Shown here piece after piece: positions 1 through 9,634 of a DNA stretch of 64,000 nt. The notes under the pieces were generated by a model, which searched no databases, had not been told where the DNA came from, and worked only from the letters and a program-made list of their open reading frames with translations. The DNA comes from a bacterium. Lineage in GTDB: Bacteria > UBA8248 > JACPRG01 > G963555815. Made by a program: the position numbers and the translations under genes. The DNA lies in assembly GCA_965261595.1 (NCBI GenBank), contig CBDHDG010000006.1, positions 1,696,001 through 1,760,000 on the forward strand, read 5' to 3'. Within the stretch, counting starts at the first letter, position 1; each line of letters begins with the position of its first letter.

Positions 1-261
1 CAGGACGGTCTCGTCGTGGATCATGTGGCCCCATTTGACGTCCGGGCAATCGGCGGCGGTCAGGACGGCGCGAACGCCCTTGAGGTTTTTGGCCCGGGAG
101 GCGTCGATGGACAGGACCCGGGCGTGGGGAAGGGGGCTTCTGAGGACCTTCGCCCAGAGCATCCCGGGGACCGAGACATCCGAGGCGTACTGGCCCCCGC
201 CCGAGGATTTCTCCCAGGATTCCACGGAGGGAACCCGCTGGCCGATGACGCGATATTCCAT
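1..261 (-). CDS. Xanthine dehydrogenase/CO dehydrogenase family molybdopterin-binding subunit, N-terminal part (runs off window)
   Basis: Not in ORF track. Manual translation from ATG at 261: MEYRVIGQRVPSVESWEKSSGGGQYASDVSVPGMLWAKVLRSPLPHARVLSIDASRAKNLKGVRAVLTAAD, the typical a/b hammerhead start of this family. Confidence 0.85.
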   Translation of the reverse strand, partial: MEYRVIGQRVPSVESWEKSSGGGQYASDVSVPGMLWAKVLRSPLPHARVLSIDASRAKNLKGVRAVLTAADCPDVKWGHMIHDETVL

Positions 262-592
262 TTTCCATTCCCAGGATTCGGGCAAAGCCGAACCCGCCGA
301 TGCCCTCGTATTGCCGTTAGGCGCTTGCCCCACTTCTCAAGGGCCGCATTCCGCCGCGCCATTCAGATTATCACGGTTCAGGTTGCGCGGCGGGATATAG
401 AGGTTGTGAATCGATCACGCGGGAACACCCGGGTCCGTCGCTGTCTATGGCGGCCGTTGGCGGTGTCAAGCCGGATCATTCCGCCAGCATGGACTGGATA
501 TTTCCGGCCGCTCGGCGGGATCGACCCTTCAAGAAATCCGGTGGTTCAATCATTGTTCGGACAATATGGATTTGTTCTAAGTAGAACCCCCG

Positions 593-608
593 TGGCACTA
601 TTTGTGCA
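593..608 (+). promoter_or_regulatory. Putative sigma54 (-24/-12) promoter
   Basis: TGGCACTATTTGTGCA fits TGGCAC-N5-TTGCW with correct GG/GC spacing (one mismatch), in an AT-richer intergenic region pointing at the kinase gene. Confidence 0.55.
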
Positions 609-884
609 AGCTTAAAAAGATGGGAACCATACATGCGCTCAATAGCGGTTCACGGTTTTGACCCTCCCGGATAAGTCAGAGGGGGGATGGGTCCGCGTGA
701 AATCGTATTACCCCGCTACGCTTTGGGGGAGCCGCCCGCCTATCGCCCCGGGTGTTGTCGGAGGGGCGGAGATCCAGGGTCCCGAAGGTCGGGTTGATCT
801 TGGGGTTCCGGTGCGCCTCGGCGGCGCATTTCACGGTTTCCGTAAACAGAAACAAATCAAGGGGGGGACGCAAGAAAACGGGCG

Positions 885-916
885 CCCCCGCCCTTGGGTT
901 TCGTTGGACACTCGAT
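885..916 (+). mobile_element. Isolated left end of the IS3-like element family seen at 47.5, 51 and 60.8 kb
   Basis: CCCCCGCCCTTGGGTTTCGTTGGACACTCGAT differs at 2 of 32 positions from the reverse complement of the remnant end at 51023-51054 and resembles 60760-60791. Confidence 0.75.
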
Positions 917-941
917 CGAGTCATCAAGGCAAACCAATCGG

Positions 942-3900
942 ATGATCAAGCGACTCCTCATCTGGCTCACCTCCCTGCTTTATGAGCGAACCATCCTCGT
1001 TCTGAGCGTGATGTTCGTTGCCGGCGTGGCGGGCATGATTTGGGATGTTTCCCGTGTGCAGACAAATCTCATCGAAGCGACGGCATTGGAATACGCGACC
1101 GAGCACACCCACGCTCTGGCGGAATTTCGCACGCTCTATACGTCGGAAGTGGTTGCCCGCGTGAGGCCCTATGGGACCGAGGTGACCCATGACTACAAAT
1201 CAAAGGAAGGAGCCATCCCCCTTCCCGCCACGTTGAGCATGGAGCTCGGCAAAAGAATCGGGAAGCATCGTTCCGGGCTTCAATCCCGGTTGTACAGCGC
1301 CTATCCGTTTCCCTGGCGAAAAGACAAGGGCGGCCTGCGGGATGAATTTGCCAAGGAAGCCTGGAACCATTTGCGCCGGAATCCCGATAAACCTTTTTAC
1401 CGATTCGAGACATTCCAGGGCCGCCGCTCATTGCGATACGCGACGGCGGATTTGATGCGGCCCGCTTGCGTCAACTGTCACAACACGCACCCCGACTCCC
1501 CCAAAAAGGATTGGAAAGCGGGAGACGTAAGAGGGGTTCTGGAAATTGTACGCCCCATGGAGGCCATCGTCGCGCAGACGCGAGAAGGTCTAAGAAAAAC
1601 CTTTGGCCTGATGGTGGTGATGGCCGTGATGGGGCTGTCATGTCTCACCCTCGTGATTGGCAGGCAAAGGCGAACCTCGGCCGACTTGGGGCAGCGGGCT
1701 GAGGAGGTGGAAGCGGCCAACCGAGAGCTGAAAACCGAGATCGCCGAGCGCAAGCGGACCGAGGAGGCTCTCAAACTCACGCAATTCTCCGTCGAGCGAT
1801 CGGTGGACGCGACCTTCTGGATCGCGCCGGACAGCCGGATCCTGAACGTGAACGATGCGACATGCCGTCACTTCGGGTATTCACGGGAAGAGCTTCTCTC
1901 GATGACCATCTCGGACATCAACCTGGCCTACCCGCGGGAGAAATGGACCGAGCATTGGGAAAAAGTGAAGCGAAATGGATCTCTGACTTTCGAATCCATC
2001 TTAACGACCAAAGACGGCCGGGAGATGCCGGTCGAGATTACCGCCAACTACCTGGAATTCAACGGAAAGGAGTACATTTTCAGCTTTGCCCGCGACATCA
2101 CCGCGCGCAAGGAGGCGGAGGAAGCGTTGCGACTCACGCAATTCTCCGTTGACCGGGCGGGAGACGCCACCAACTGGATCGCGCGGGACGGCAAGATCCT
2201 CTATGTGAACGATGCGGAATGCGACTATCTCGGGTACTCGCGGGAAGAACTGCTCTCCATGACCATTTTCGAAATCGATTCGGAGCAATCGCCGGAGAAG
2301 TGGGCGGCGCATTGGAAAAAAGTGAAAGAAGCGGGTTCGCTTACATTTGAGTCAAGCCAAGTAACCAAAGACGGCGGGAAAATCCCGACCGAGGTGACCT
2401 CCAGTCACCTGGAGTTCAACGGAAAGGAGTACCTCGTCGGCTTTGTTCGCGACATCACCGAGCGCAAGCGGGCAGAGGAGGCGCTGCGGCTCACGCAGTT
2501 CTGCGTTGAGCGGGCGGGGGACCCCGTTTTTTGGTTCGGCCCGGACGGCCGGTTTCTTTACGTGAATGATGCGGCGTGCCGGTATCTCGGGTACTCACGG
2601 GAAGAGCTGCTCACGATGGCCGTCTCGGACATCAACCCGCAGCGTACGCCGGAGAAGTGGCCCGAGAGATGGGAAAAGAGGAAAGGGCGCGGACCGCAGA
2701 CCTTCGAGACCCGCCACCTCGCCAAGGACGGCCGGACGGTTCCGGTCGAGGTGACCGCCAACTACCTGGAGCTTAACGGAAAGGAGTATATGTTCAGCTT
2801 CGCCCGCGACATCACTGCGCGCAAACAGGCCGAGGAGGCGCTGCGGCTCACGCAGTTCGCGGTGGATCAGGCGGGGGACGCCATTTTCTGGGTGACGCCG
2901 GATGGTGGATACCACTATGTGAATGACGCGGCGTGCTGGTATCTCGGGTACTCCCGGGAAGAGTTGCTCTCCATGTCGGTCTGGGACGTCCAGCCGGATC
3001 TTTCGGCCGGGCAGTGGCCCGAGAGGTGGGAAGAGCTGAAACGGATCGGCGCTTTATCCGCCGAAACCCGCTACATGACCAAGAAAGGCGGAGTCGTTCC
3101 GGGCGAGGTATCCATCAACTAACTGGAATTCAACGGCAAAGAATACTCCCTGGGCTTCGTGAGGGACATCTCCGAGCGCATGCGCGCGGAAGAGACGCTA
3201 CGGCTCACGCAGTTCTCCGTTGACCGGGCCGGGGACGCCACATACTGGATCGGTGCGGACGGCCGAATCCTCTATGCCAACGAAGCGGCGCGCGCGGATC
3301 TCGGGTACTCAATGGATGAAATGATCTCCATGACGATCATGGACATCAATCCGGACTACTCACCGGACACCTGGGCGGCGCATTGGAAGCGGCTAAAAGA
3401 AAAGGGTTTCTATACCTTTGAAGGGCGCAACGTGACCAAAGACGGCCGCAAATTTCCGGTCGAAGTGACTTCCAACTATTTGGAGTTCAACGGAAAAGAG
3501 TACATTTTCGGCTTCGTCCGCAACATCACCGACCGCAAGGAGGCGGAGGAGACGCTGCGGCTCACGCAATTCTCCGTTGACCGGGCCGGGGACGCCACAT
3601 ACTGGATCGCGGAGGACGGCCGCTTCCTCTATGTGAACGACGCGGCGTGCAAAATGCTCGGATACTCACGGGAAAAGCTGCTCACGATGGCGGTCTGGGA
3701 CATCGACGCCAATCGCCGAATGGAACAGTGGATCGATAGACGGGAAGAGCGGAAACGCCATAAATTCTATACGTTAGAAACGGGCCACATGGCCAAGGAC
3801 GGCAGGGTCATCCCCGTTGAGATATCCGCCGACTGTCTCGAGTTCGGCGGCAAAGATTACATATTTGTCTCCGCCCGCGACATCACGGAGCGCAGACGGA

Positions 3901-5978
3901 TGGCGGACGACTTGCGGAAGGCGAAGGAGGCCGCCGAGGTCGCCAGCCGCGCGAAGAGTGAATTTCTCGCCAACATGAGCCACGAGATCCGGACACCGAT
4001 GAACGGTGTGATCGGCATGTCGGGGCTTCTCCTCGACACCGGTCTCAGCGATAAACAGCGCGAGTACGCCGAGATGATTCGAGACTCGGGTGAGAACCTG
4101 CTTGAGATTGTGAATGACATTCTCGATTTATCGAAGATTGAGGCGGAAAAGCTGACCATCGAGCCGGTCCCGTTCGACCTGCTGTCCGTTGTGGAAGAGA
4201 CGACCGAGTTCTTGGCGCCGAAGGCCGATGAAAAGGGCCTGTGTCTCATTGCCCGCTACGCCCCGGATCTCCCCCGTCACTTCATCGGTGACCCCGGACG
4301 AATTCGACAGATTCTCATTAATTTCATGGGCAACACCATCAAGTTCACGAACGAGGGGCACGTTCTGCTCGGCATCGAGGCGGACGCTGGGCGCGAGGGA
4401 AAATCAGGTCTTCGGATCTCCGTGGCGGATACCGGCATCGGCATCCGCGAAGACGCGATCGAGCGGATCTTCGAAAAATTCACACAGGCCGACGCTCCAG
4501 CCTCCCACGCGCATGGCGGAACGGGCCTCGGGCTTTCGATCTGCAAACAGCTCATCGAGTTGATGGGAGGGACCATCGGGGTGAACAGCAGGCCCGGCGC
4601 AGGATCGACCTTTTGGGTCACCCTCCATCTTCCCCTCGCCTCCGCCGCCTCGCCTCCGCCCCCGCCGGAGCTGGCGGGTGCTCGCATCCTGATCGCGGCC
4701 GGAAATGAGCTCAAGAGGCAAATCCTGTACGAGCAAGTGAGGCATTGGGGAATGCGCGCGGACCGCGTCACTTCCATCGAGGAGACGCTGACCGCGGTTC
4801 ATGACGCCCAAGAGGGCGTCGACCCATATCAGGCGGCCATTTTCACCGGCCAAAAAGACGGCGTGGACGCCGAGGCATTGGCCCGTGTCGTCCAATCCGA
4901 CCCCAATCTGCGTAAGGTCCCCGCGGTCATCATCGCCCCCTTGGGGCAGCGGGTGGATGCGGATCGAATGGCGAAAGCCGGAATCGCCGCATGCCTGAGC
5001 GAGCCTGTGCGGCAATCCGATCTGATGAACGCCCTGGCGGCGTTGCGCCGCTCGGCAGAGACGGGGCCCCTTCCGGAAAGGGTGACTCGGTTTGCCCCGG
5101 CCGATTCCCACTCTGAAAGGCCTGCCCGGGACCGACAGGACGGTCGGGTTCTCTCTCGCGTTTTGGTGGCTGAAGACAATGCCGTGAACCAAAAGGTGGC
5201 GAAGGGGATGCTGGAGAATCTGGGCTTTCGTGTGGACGTGGTGTCCAATGGCAAGGAGGCCCTCGAGATGTCCGCACTGCTCCCCTACGACGTAATTTTC
5301 ATGGATTGCCGTATGCCTGAGATGGACGGATACGAGGCGACGGCATTGATCCGCCGGAGGGAGCGGGAGGGTGGTTCTCGCGTCCCGATCATCGCCCTGA
5401 CGGCCCACGCCATGCAGGGTGAGCGGGAGAGGTGTCTGGCGGCGGGCATGGACGACTATGTCACCAAGCCGGTGAAGGTTGATGAGCTGAAGACTGTCCT
5501 GGCGCGCTGGATCGGAGACGTGGGAACGACGGACGCCCCGGCTCCCGCCAGGGTGGAGGGGGCCCGCGAAGTGACCCTCGACCTCGAGGCGCTCCGAGAA
5601 TTGGTCTCTGTCGCGGCGGCATCGGGTTCCGGCTTCGTGGAGGAAGCGGTGGCCACTTATTTATCGCAGACGCCCGTTCAAATTTCGGCCGTCCGAGCGG
5701 CTATAGCGCACAAGAACGCGCAAGACCTCAGCCGGGAGGCCCACAGCCTCAAGAGCCGCAGCGCAATCTTGGGCGCGCGAAACATGAGGGCATTGAGCGC
5801 TGAGCTGGAAGGGCGCGCGGAGGCGGACTCGCTGGAGGGGGCGGGAATGCTCCTCCGGAGATTGGAGGAGGAGTTTGACCGCGTGAAATCAGCGCTCGAG
5901 TCCGGGCTGTGGAAGGGCGAAGGGGTAAGCGTTTTGACAGCGGCCGGCCCGCTTGTTGTTTCTGAGAAGCCCGAATGA
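942..5978 (+). pseudogene. Hybrid sensor histidine kinase (TM, DUF3365-like haem-c sensor, TM, 6xPAS, HisKA, HATPase, pseudo-REC, REC, Hpt) with one in-frame TAA
   Basis: ORFs 894-3122 and 3159-5978 are in the same frame. TAA at 3120-3122 replaces the TAC of the NYLEFNGKEY motif seen in sister PAS units. Motifs: CVNCH, FLANMSHEIRTPMNG, DTGIG, GGTGLGL, DVIFMDCRMPEMDG, AHSLKS. Confidence 0.9.
1776..3917 (+). repeat. Six tandem intragenic PAS-coding repeats, period 357 nt
   Basis: CTCACGCA(A/G)TTC (LTQF) recurs at 1776, 2133, 2490, 2847, 3204 and 3561. Confidence 0.92.
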
Positions 5979-6028
5979 AACTCTGGAATTCCACCAAGTG
6001 TTTTTACCATGAGAAAGGACCACCCGAG

Positions 6029-7114
6029 ATGAGTGGAAAGATCCGCGTTTTGATCGTTGAGGATTCAGCTTTGGAGCGTTTCCTCCTCTGTGAGATTCTC
6101 TCCCAAGAGCCCGACATCGAGGTGGTCGATGTCGCGCCGGACGCCGATCGCGCCCGAAATAAAATGCGAATTCATAAGCCCGACGTTCTGACGCTGGACG
6201 TGAAGATGCCGGGCGAGGACGGCATTGCCTTCCTCACCGGGCTTATGTCCACGGACCCTCTTCCGGTCATCATGGTCAGCGCGTTCACCCTGGCGGGAGC
6301 GAAGACCACGCTGTCCGCCCTCGAGAAAGGCGCGGTGGATTTCGTCGCGAAACCCGATGGCAGCAAAGATGAAGATCTTGAAGTGTTCCGGCGGGAGCTC
6401 ATCCGGAAAGTGCGCGCCGCCGCCACGGCCCGTATGGGGCGGCATCCCCGGCCGGTCCCGACCCACGCGCCGGCGGAGCTGCCGGAAACACCGGGATTCA
6501 TCGTTGCGATTGGAACCTCGATGGGAGGTCCGGAAGCGTTGAGGAGTCTTCTTCCGAGACTTCCGGCCAATTTTCCGGCGATTCTGCTCGTCCAGCATAT
6601 GCCGGAGTACTTCACCCAGGCCATGGCCGAGAGCCTGGATAAGATCTGCGCCATCCACGTGAAGGAGGCGGAACAGGGCAAACCCGTCCTACCGGGTCAG
6701 GCGCTCATTGCTCCGGGAAATTGCCACATGGAGTTGCGGCGCCTGGGAACCCGCTATTATGTGGAGATTCACAAAAACCCCCGGGTGCGCGGGTTCCGGC
6801 CTTCTGTGGATGTGTTGTTCGAGTCTGTGGCCCAATACGCGGATTTGGACACCATAGGGGTCATCCTGACGGGGATGGGCTCGGATGGGGCGAAGGGCAT
6901 CTCCCGGACGAAGGCCGCCGGCGCGTACACCATTGCCCAGGACGAGGCAAGCTCTGTCATCTTCGGCATGCCCAAACAGGCCATCGCGACGGGGGCCGTC
7001 GATATCGTGCTTCCTCTCGAGGGAATCCCCGGCCATCTCATTAAAGCGATGCAAAGGGCAGGGGCGCCCTTGAAGAAGCCGGCCGGATCGCCGTTGGTCG
7101 CAGCGAGAACCTAG
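6029..7114 (+). CDS. cheB: Chemotaxis response regulator protein-glutamate methylesterase
   Basis: N-terminal REC (PDVLTLDVKMP) plus methylesterase triad motifs GTSMGG, QHMP and TGMGSDG; also FRPSVDVLF. Start taken at MSGKIRVLIV after AAAGGA. Confidence 0.93.
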   Translation: MSGKIRVLIVEDSALERFLLCEILSQEPDIEVVDVAPDADRARNKMRIHKPDVLTLDVKMPGEDGIAFLTGLMSTDPLPVIMVSAFTLAGAKTTLSALEKGAVDFVAKPDGSKDEDLEVFRRELIRKVRAAATARMGRHPRPVPTHAPAELPETPGFIVAIGTSMGGPEALRSLLPRLPANFPAILLVQHMPEYFTQAMAESLDKICAIHVKEAEQGKPVLPGQALIAPGNCHMELRRLGTRYYVEIHKNPRVRGFRPSVDVLFESVAQYADLDTIGVILTGMGSDGAKGISRTKAAGAYTIAQDEASSVIFGMPKQAIATGAVDIVLPLEGIPGHLIKAMQRAGAPLKKPAGSPLVAART

Positions 7115-7221
7115 TGCTTATTTGCGAAAATTAGCATCTTCTCAAAGGCGGCAAATTGCCAATAAAATTCAGTCAAAATTGCCCAAAAATTAATACGCGA
7201 ACTTTTGCAACCAAGCACTAG
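7111..7221. mobile_element. MITE-like element 1 (AT-rich, about 110 bp) bounded by CTAG
   Basis: Left end CTAGTGCTTATTTGCGAAAA versus right-end reverse complement CTAGTGCTTGGTTGCAAAAG; no coding capacity. Confidence 0.7.
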
Positions 7222-7374
7222 TGTCGCGTCCCGGAAATAAATTCACGATTTCCGAACCTCCTCAAAGTAGGGCGCCACCGGCGGTTTGCCCGCCAGCGCC
7301 TCATTTTTCGGGAAATCCAAAGGGCATCCTGTCACCTGATATTTATTGAAAGGATTTCTGAGACGCGACACTAG
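7218..7374. mobile_element. MITE-like element 2 (about 157 bp) bounded by CTAG
   Basis: Left end CTAGTGTCGCGTCCCGGAAAT versus right-end reverse complement CTAGTGTCGCGTCTCAGAAAT (19/21); shares the central CTAG with element 1. Confidence 0.78.
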
Positions 7375-7500
7375 GCCAAGTCATTCCCCCTTCTTTCGGA
7401 CAGGTTGTTGTCCCACACCGAGTTGACAAGATGAAGAAGGCTTGGCTTTTCTCTTTGTGAGAAACGCAGCCTCACCCGCCGTGTCGCTTGGACCCGGCAC

Positions 7501-7777
7501 GGGCTCCGCGCGCGCGCGGGGGGGGGGCCACCGACGCCAGCACAGAGAGCACTGATCGAGGGGCTCCGCGCGCGCGCGGGGGGGGGGCCTCTAAGCCCCC
7601 CAGCCCGTCTATCATGCGGCCGGCTCCGCGCGCGCGGGGGGGGGACGATCGCGGCCTTTCTTTTCTCAAAGGTTCCAATGGCTCCCCCCGCGCGCGCGGG
7701 GCGCGCGCGCGGGGGGAGCCCTGGCCAAATCTCTATCTCAGGTGACATAATGGGCTCCGCGCGCGCGGGGGGGGGCC
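7501..7777. CRISPR. Orphan CRISPR-like array: 5 repeats and 4 unique spacers, type I-E-like geometry, atypical G-rich repeat
   Basis: GGGCTCCGCGCGCGCGCGGGGGGGGGGCC (29 nt) is identical at 7501 and 7561, with variants at 7621, 7680 and 7752. Spacers are unrelated to each other and 31, 31, about 32 and 31 nt long. No cas gene recognised in the window. Confidence 0.68.
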
Positions 7778-7960
7778 TCACGGAACTGACCGGAAGCCGC
7801 GCGGAGCGCAGCGCGAGGCCTCGTGAAGGGGCATGTGTAGAGTCGATTAAATTGTTGTATGCTTGGATGATGTGACGCCACGCTGGAAACTGCTTCTCCT
7901 CATGGGGGGAAGCCGTTTCCCGATGTCGGGAAACCCAGGGGCCCTGCTGAAAGGGGGTAG

Positions 7961-9634
7961 GTGGTGTTGTGGATCATTTTGGCGATCGTGTTTGTCGTGG
8001 CCGCGCTTGCGATTCCTCGAAGGTTTCCCGATCCATCGGCAAAGAACGCCATCAGGGTGGTGTGCGGAATTCTCGCCCTGTTCCTCGTATTCTCCACCTC
8101 ATACGTGCATGTCGGGGCCGATGAGGTCGGCCACCTCAAGAAAATTTATTTCGGGCGGTCACTGCCGCCGGGAAAGATCATCGCCGTAAACGGAGAGAAA
8201 GGACCCCAGGCGGAGATCTTGCCGCCGGGTTTCCATTTCCGGCCCTTGCTCAACATCATTTACGATGTCGAGAAAAGGCCGATCATCGAAATTTCTGCAG
8301 GGAAATACGGATTTCTTACGGCAAGGGACGGCCGTCCGCTGAGAAAGGAACAATTTTTCGCGGAAGGATGGCCGGAGGTGGAATTCGTCCAGATGGCTCA
8401 GGATGCGGCGCAATTCATCAAGAAAGGGGGGCAGAAGGGACCTCAGCTCACGGTGCTGAAACCGGGACGATACCGGGTGAATCAGTACCTGTTCGAAGTG
8501 AAGCTGGACGTTGCGACGAGTATCGCGCCCGGCACGGTCGGCGTGGTCAAGTCCAACGTCCAGGAGCGGAAAGAGTGCAAACCACTGAAAACCGGGGGTG
8601 AAGGTGCGCTTTCGGCGCCTCTGGTGCCGAAATTCTGCATCGGCGTGTGGAACGAGCCCCTCTTTCCCGGAAAGTATTATCTAAACCGCAGCGCCTATGA
8701 AGTCACAATCATCAGCACCCGGGTGCGTGCATGGACGTATAAGGGGGGATACACGAAGCGCAGAATCGACCTCACCCTGGATCAAGAGGGCAAGATTTCC
8801 CAGAGCTTAAGGAGCGTGGGGATTCCCGTCCCGCAGAACGCGGCCGATTCCGCAATCCTGATCCGGGTCGAAGGCTGGGAGATTCCCCTGGAGCTTCGGG
8901 TCCTGGTGCAGATTGCGCCCGAAAACGCCCCGTTCGTCGTCGCCTCGGTCGGCGGCCTGGATAAGGTCGAGAATGCTGTCCTGACCCCGGCGCTGCGAAG
9001 TGTCGTCAGAAATGTCCTGGGCGCGAAGGGGCGGAAGGTCCTGGAGCTTCAGGACCAGCGGGCCGATCTCGAGGCCCTGGTCGAGTCGAAGATCCGGCCC
9101 GAAGGCGGGAAGGCCGGCATCTCCATCAACGAAGTCCGCTTTGCCGACCCCGTCATTCCGCCGGTGCTCCTGGTCACTTGGCGCCGTGAGCAGCTCGCCG
9201 AGCGACTCAGGCGAACCTACCAAAGAGAGCAGGCCGCGCAAGAGGAACGCATCAAGACCGAAAACACAAGGGCGCGGGCCGATAGACAGTCGCAGATCGT
9301 CGGGGCCGAGATTGCGGTGAAGGTGGCCGAACAGCGAAGGCAGGCGGCGAAACTGGAAGGCGAAGGCGAGAAGCTTCGCCTCCTGGAGATCGCCGCCGGC
9401 CAGCGGGCGCAGGTCGATGTGCTGGGAAAGGACCGCGTGTTGCAGTTGGCCCTGCTCGAAAAAATGCTCGCCGCCGCCGTAAAGAATCCGGCGCTGGTTA
9501 AGGTTCCCAACGTCCTGGTGCAGGGTGGGGGAGGAGGCCTCGCGGGCGCCGCTGCCATCCTTGGTCAGAGTAATCTGGTGCAGGGATTGGTCCGCCGCGC
9601 TCCGGTCGAAGGCTCCCCCACGAGGAAGAAGTAA
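7961..9634 (+). CDS. SPFH (band 7/flotillin-like) domain membrane protein
   Basis: Two N-terminal TM helices, repeated GEKGPQAEILPPG / GQKGPQLTVLKPGRY / LFPGKYYLN units, an SPFH core and a C-terminal Ala/Glu coiled coil. Confidence 0.85.
   Translation: MVLWIILAIVFVVAALAIPRRFPDPSAKNAIRVVCGILALFLVFSTSYVHVGADEVGHLKKIYFGRSLPPGKIIAVNGEKGPQAEILPPGFHFRPLLNIIYDVEKRPIIEISAGKYGFLTARDGRPLRKEQFFAEGWPEVEFVQMAQDAAQFIKKGGQKGPQLTVLKPGRYRVNQYLFEVKLDVATSIAPGTVGVVKSNVQERKECKPLKTGGEGALSAPLVPKFCIGVWNEPLFPGKYYLNRSAYEVTIISTRVRAWTYKGGYTKRRIDLTLDQEGKISQSLRSVGIPVPQNAADSAILIRVEGWEIPLELRVLVQIAPENAPFVVASVGGLDKVENAVLTPALRSVVRNVLGAKGRKVLELQDQRADLEALVESKIRPEGGKAGISINEVRFADPVIPPVLLVTWRREQLAERLRRTYQREQAAQEERIKTENTRARADRQSQIVGAEIAVKVAEQRRQAAKLEGEGEKLRLLEIAAGQRAQVDVLGKDRVLQLALLEKMLAAAVKNPALVKVPNVLVQGGGGGLAGAAAILGQSNLVQGLVRRAPVEGSPTRKK

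Noticed and set aside
845..890. c-di-GMP-I riboswitch (GGGACGCAAG)
   Set aside because: No GGCAAAC...GAAA hairpin upstream and no second stem with its receptor.
3120..3122. Programmed stop-codon recoding
   Set aside because: The codon is TAA at a Tyr position; Sec and Pyl use TGA and TAG.
7371..7875. Short ORFs over the array (PPRARG repeats)
   Set aside because: The 60-nt period keeps frames open by chance; composition is non-coding-like.
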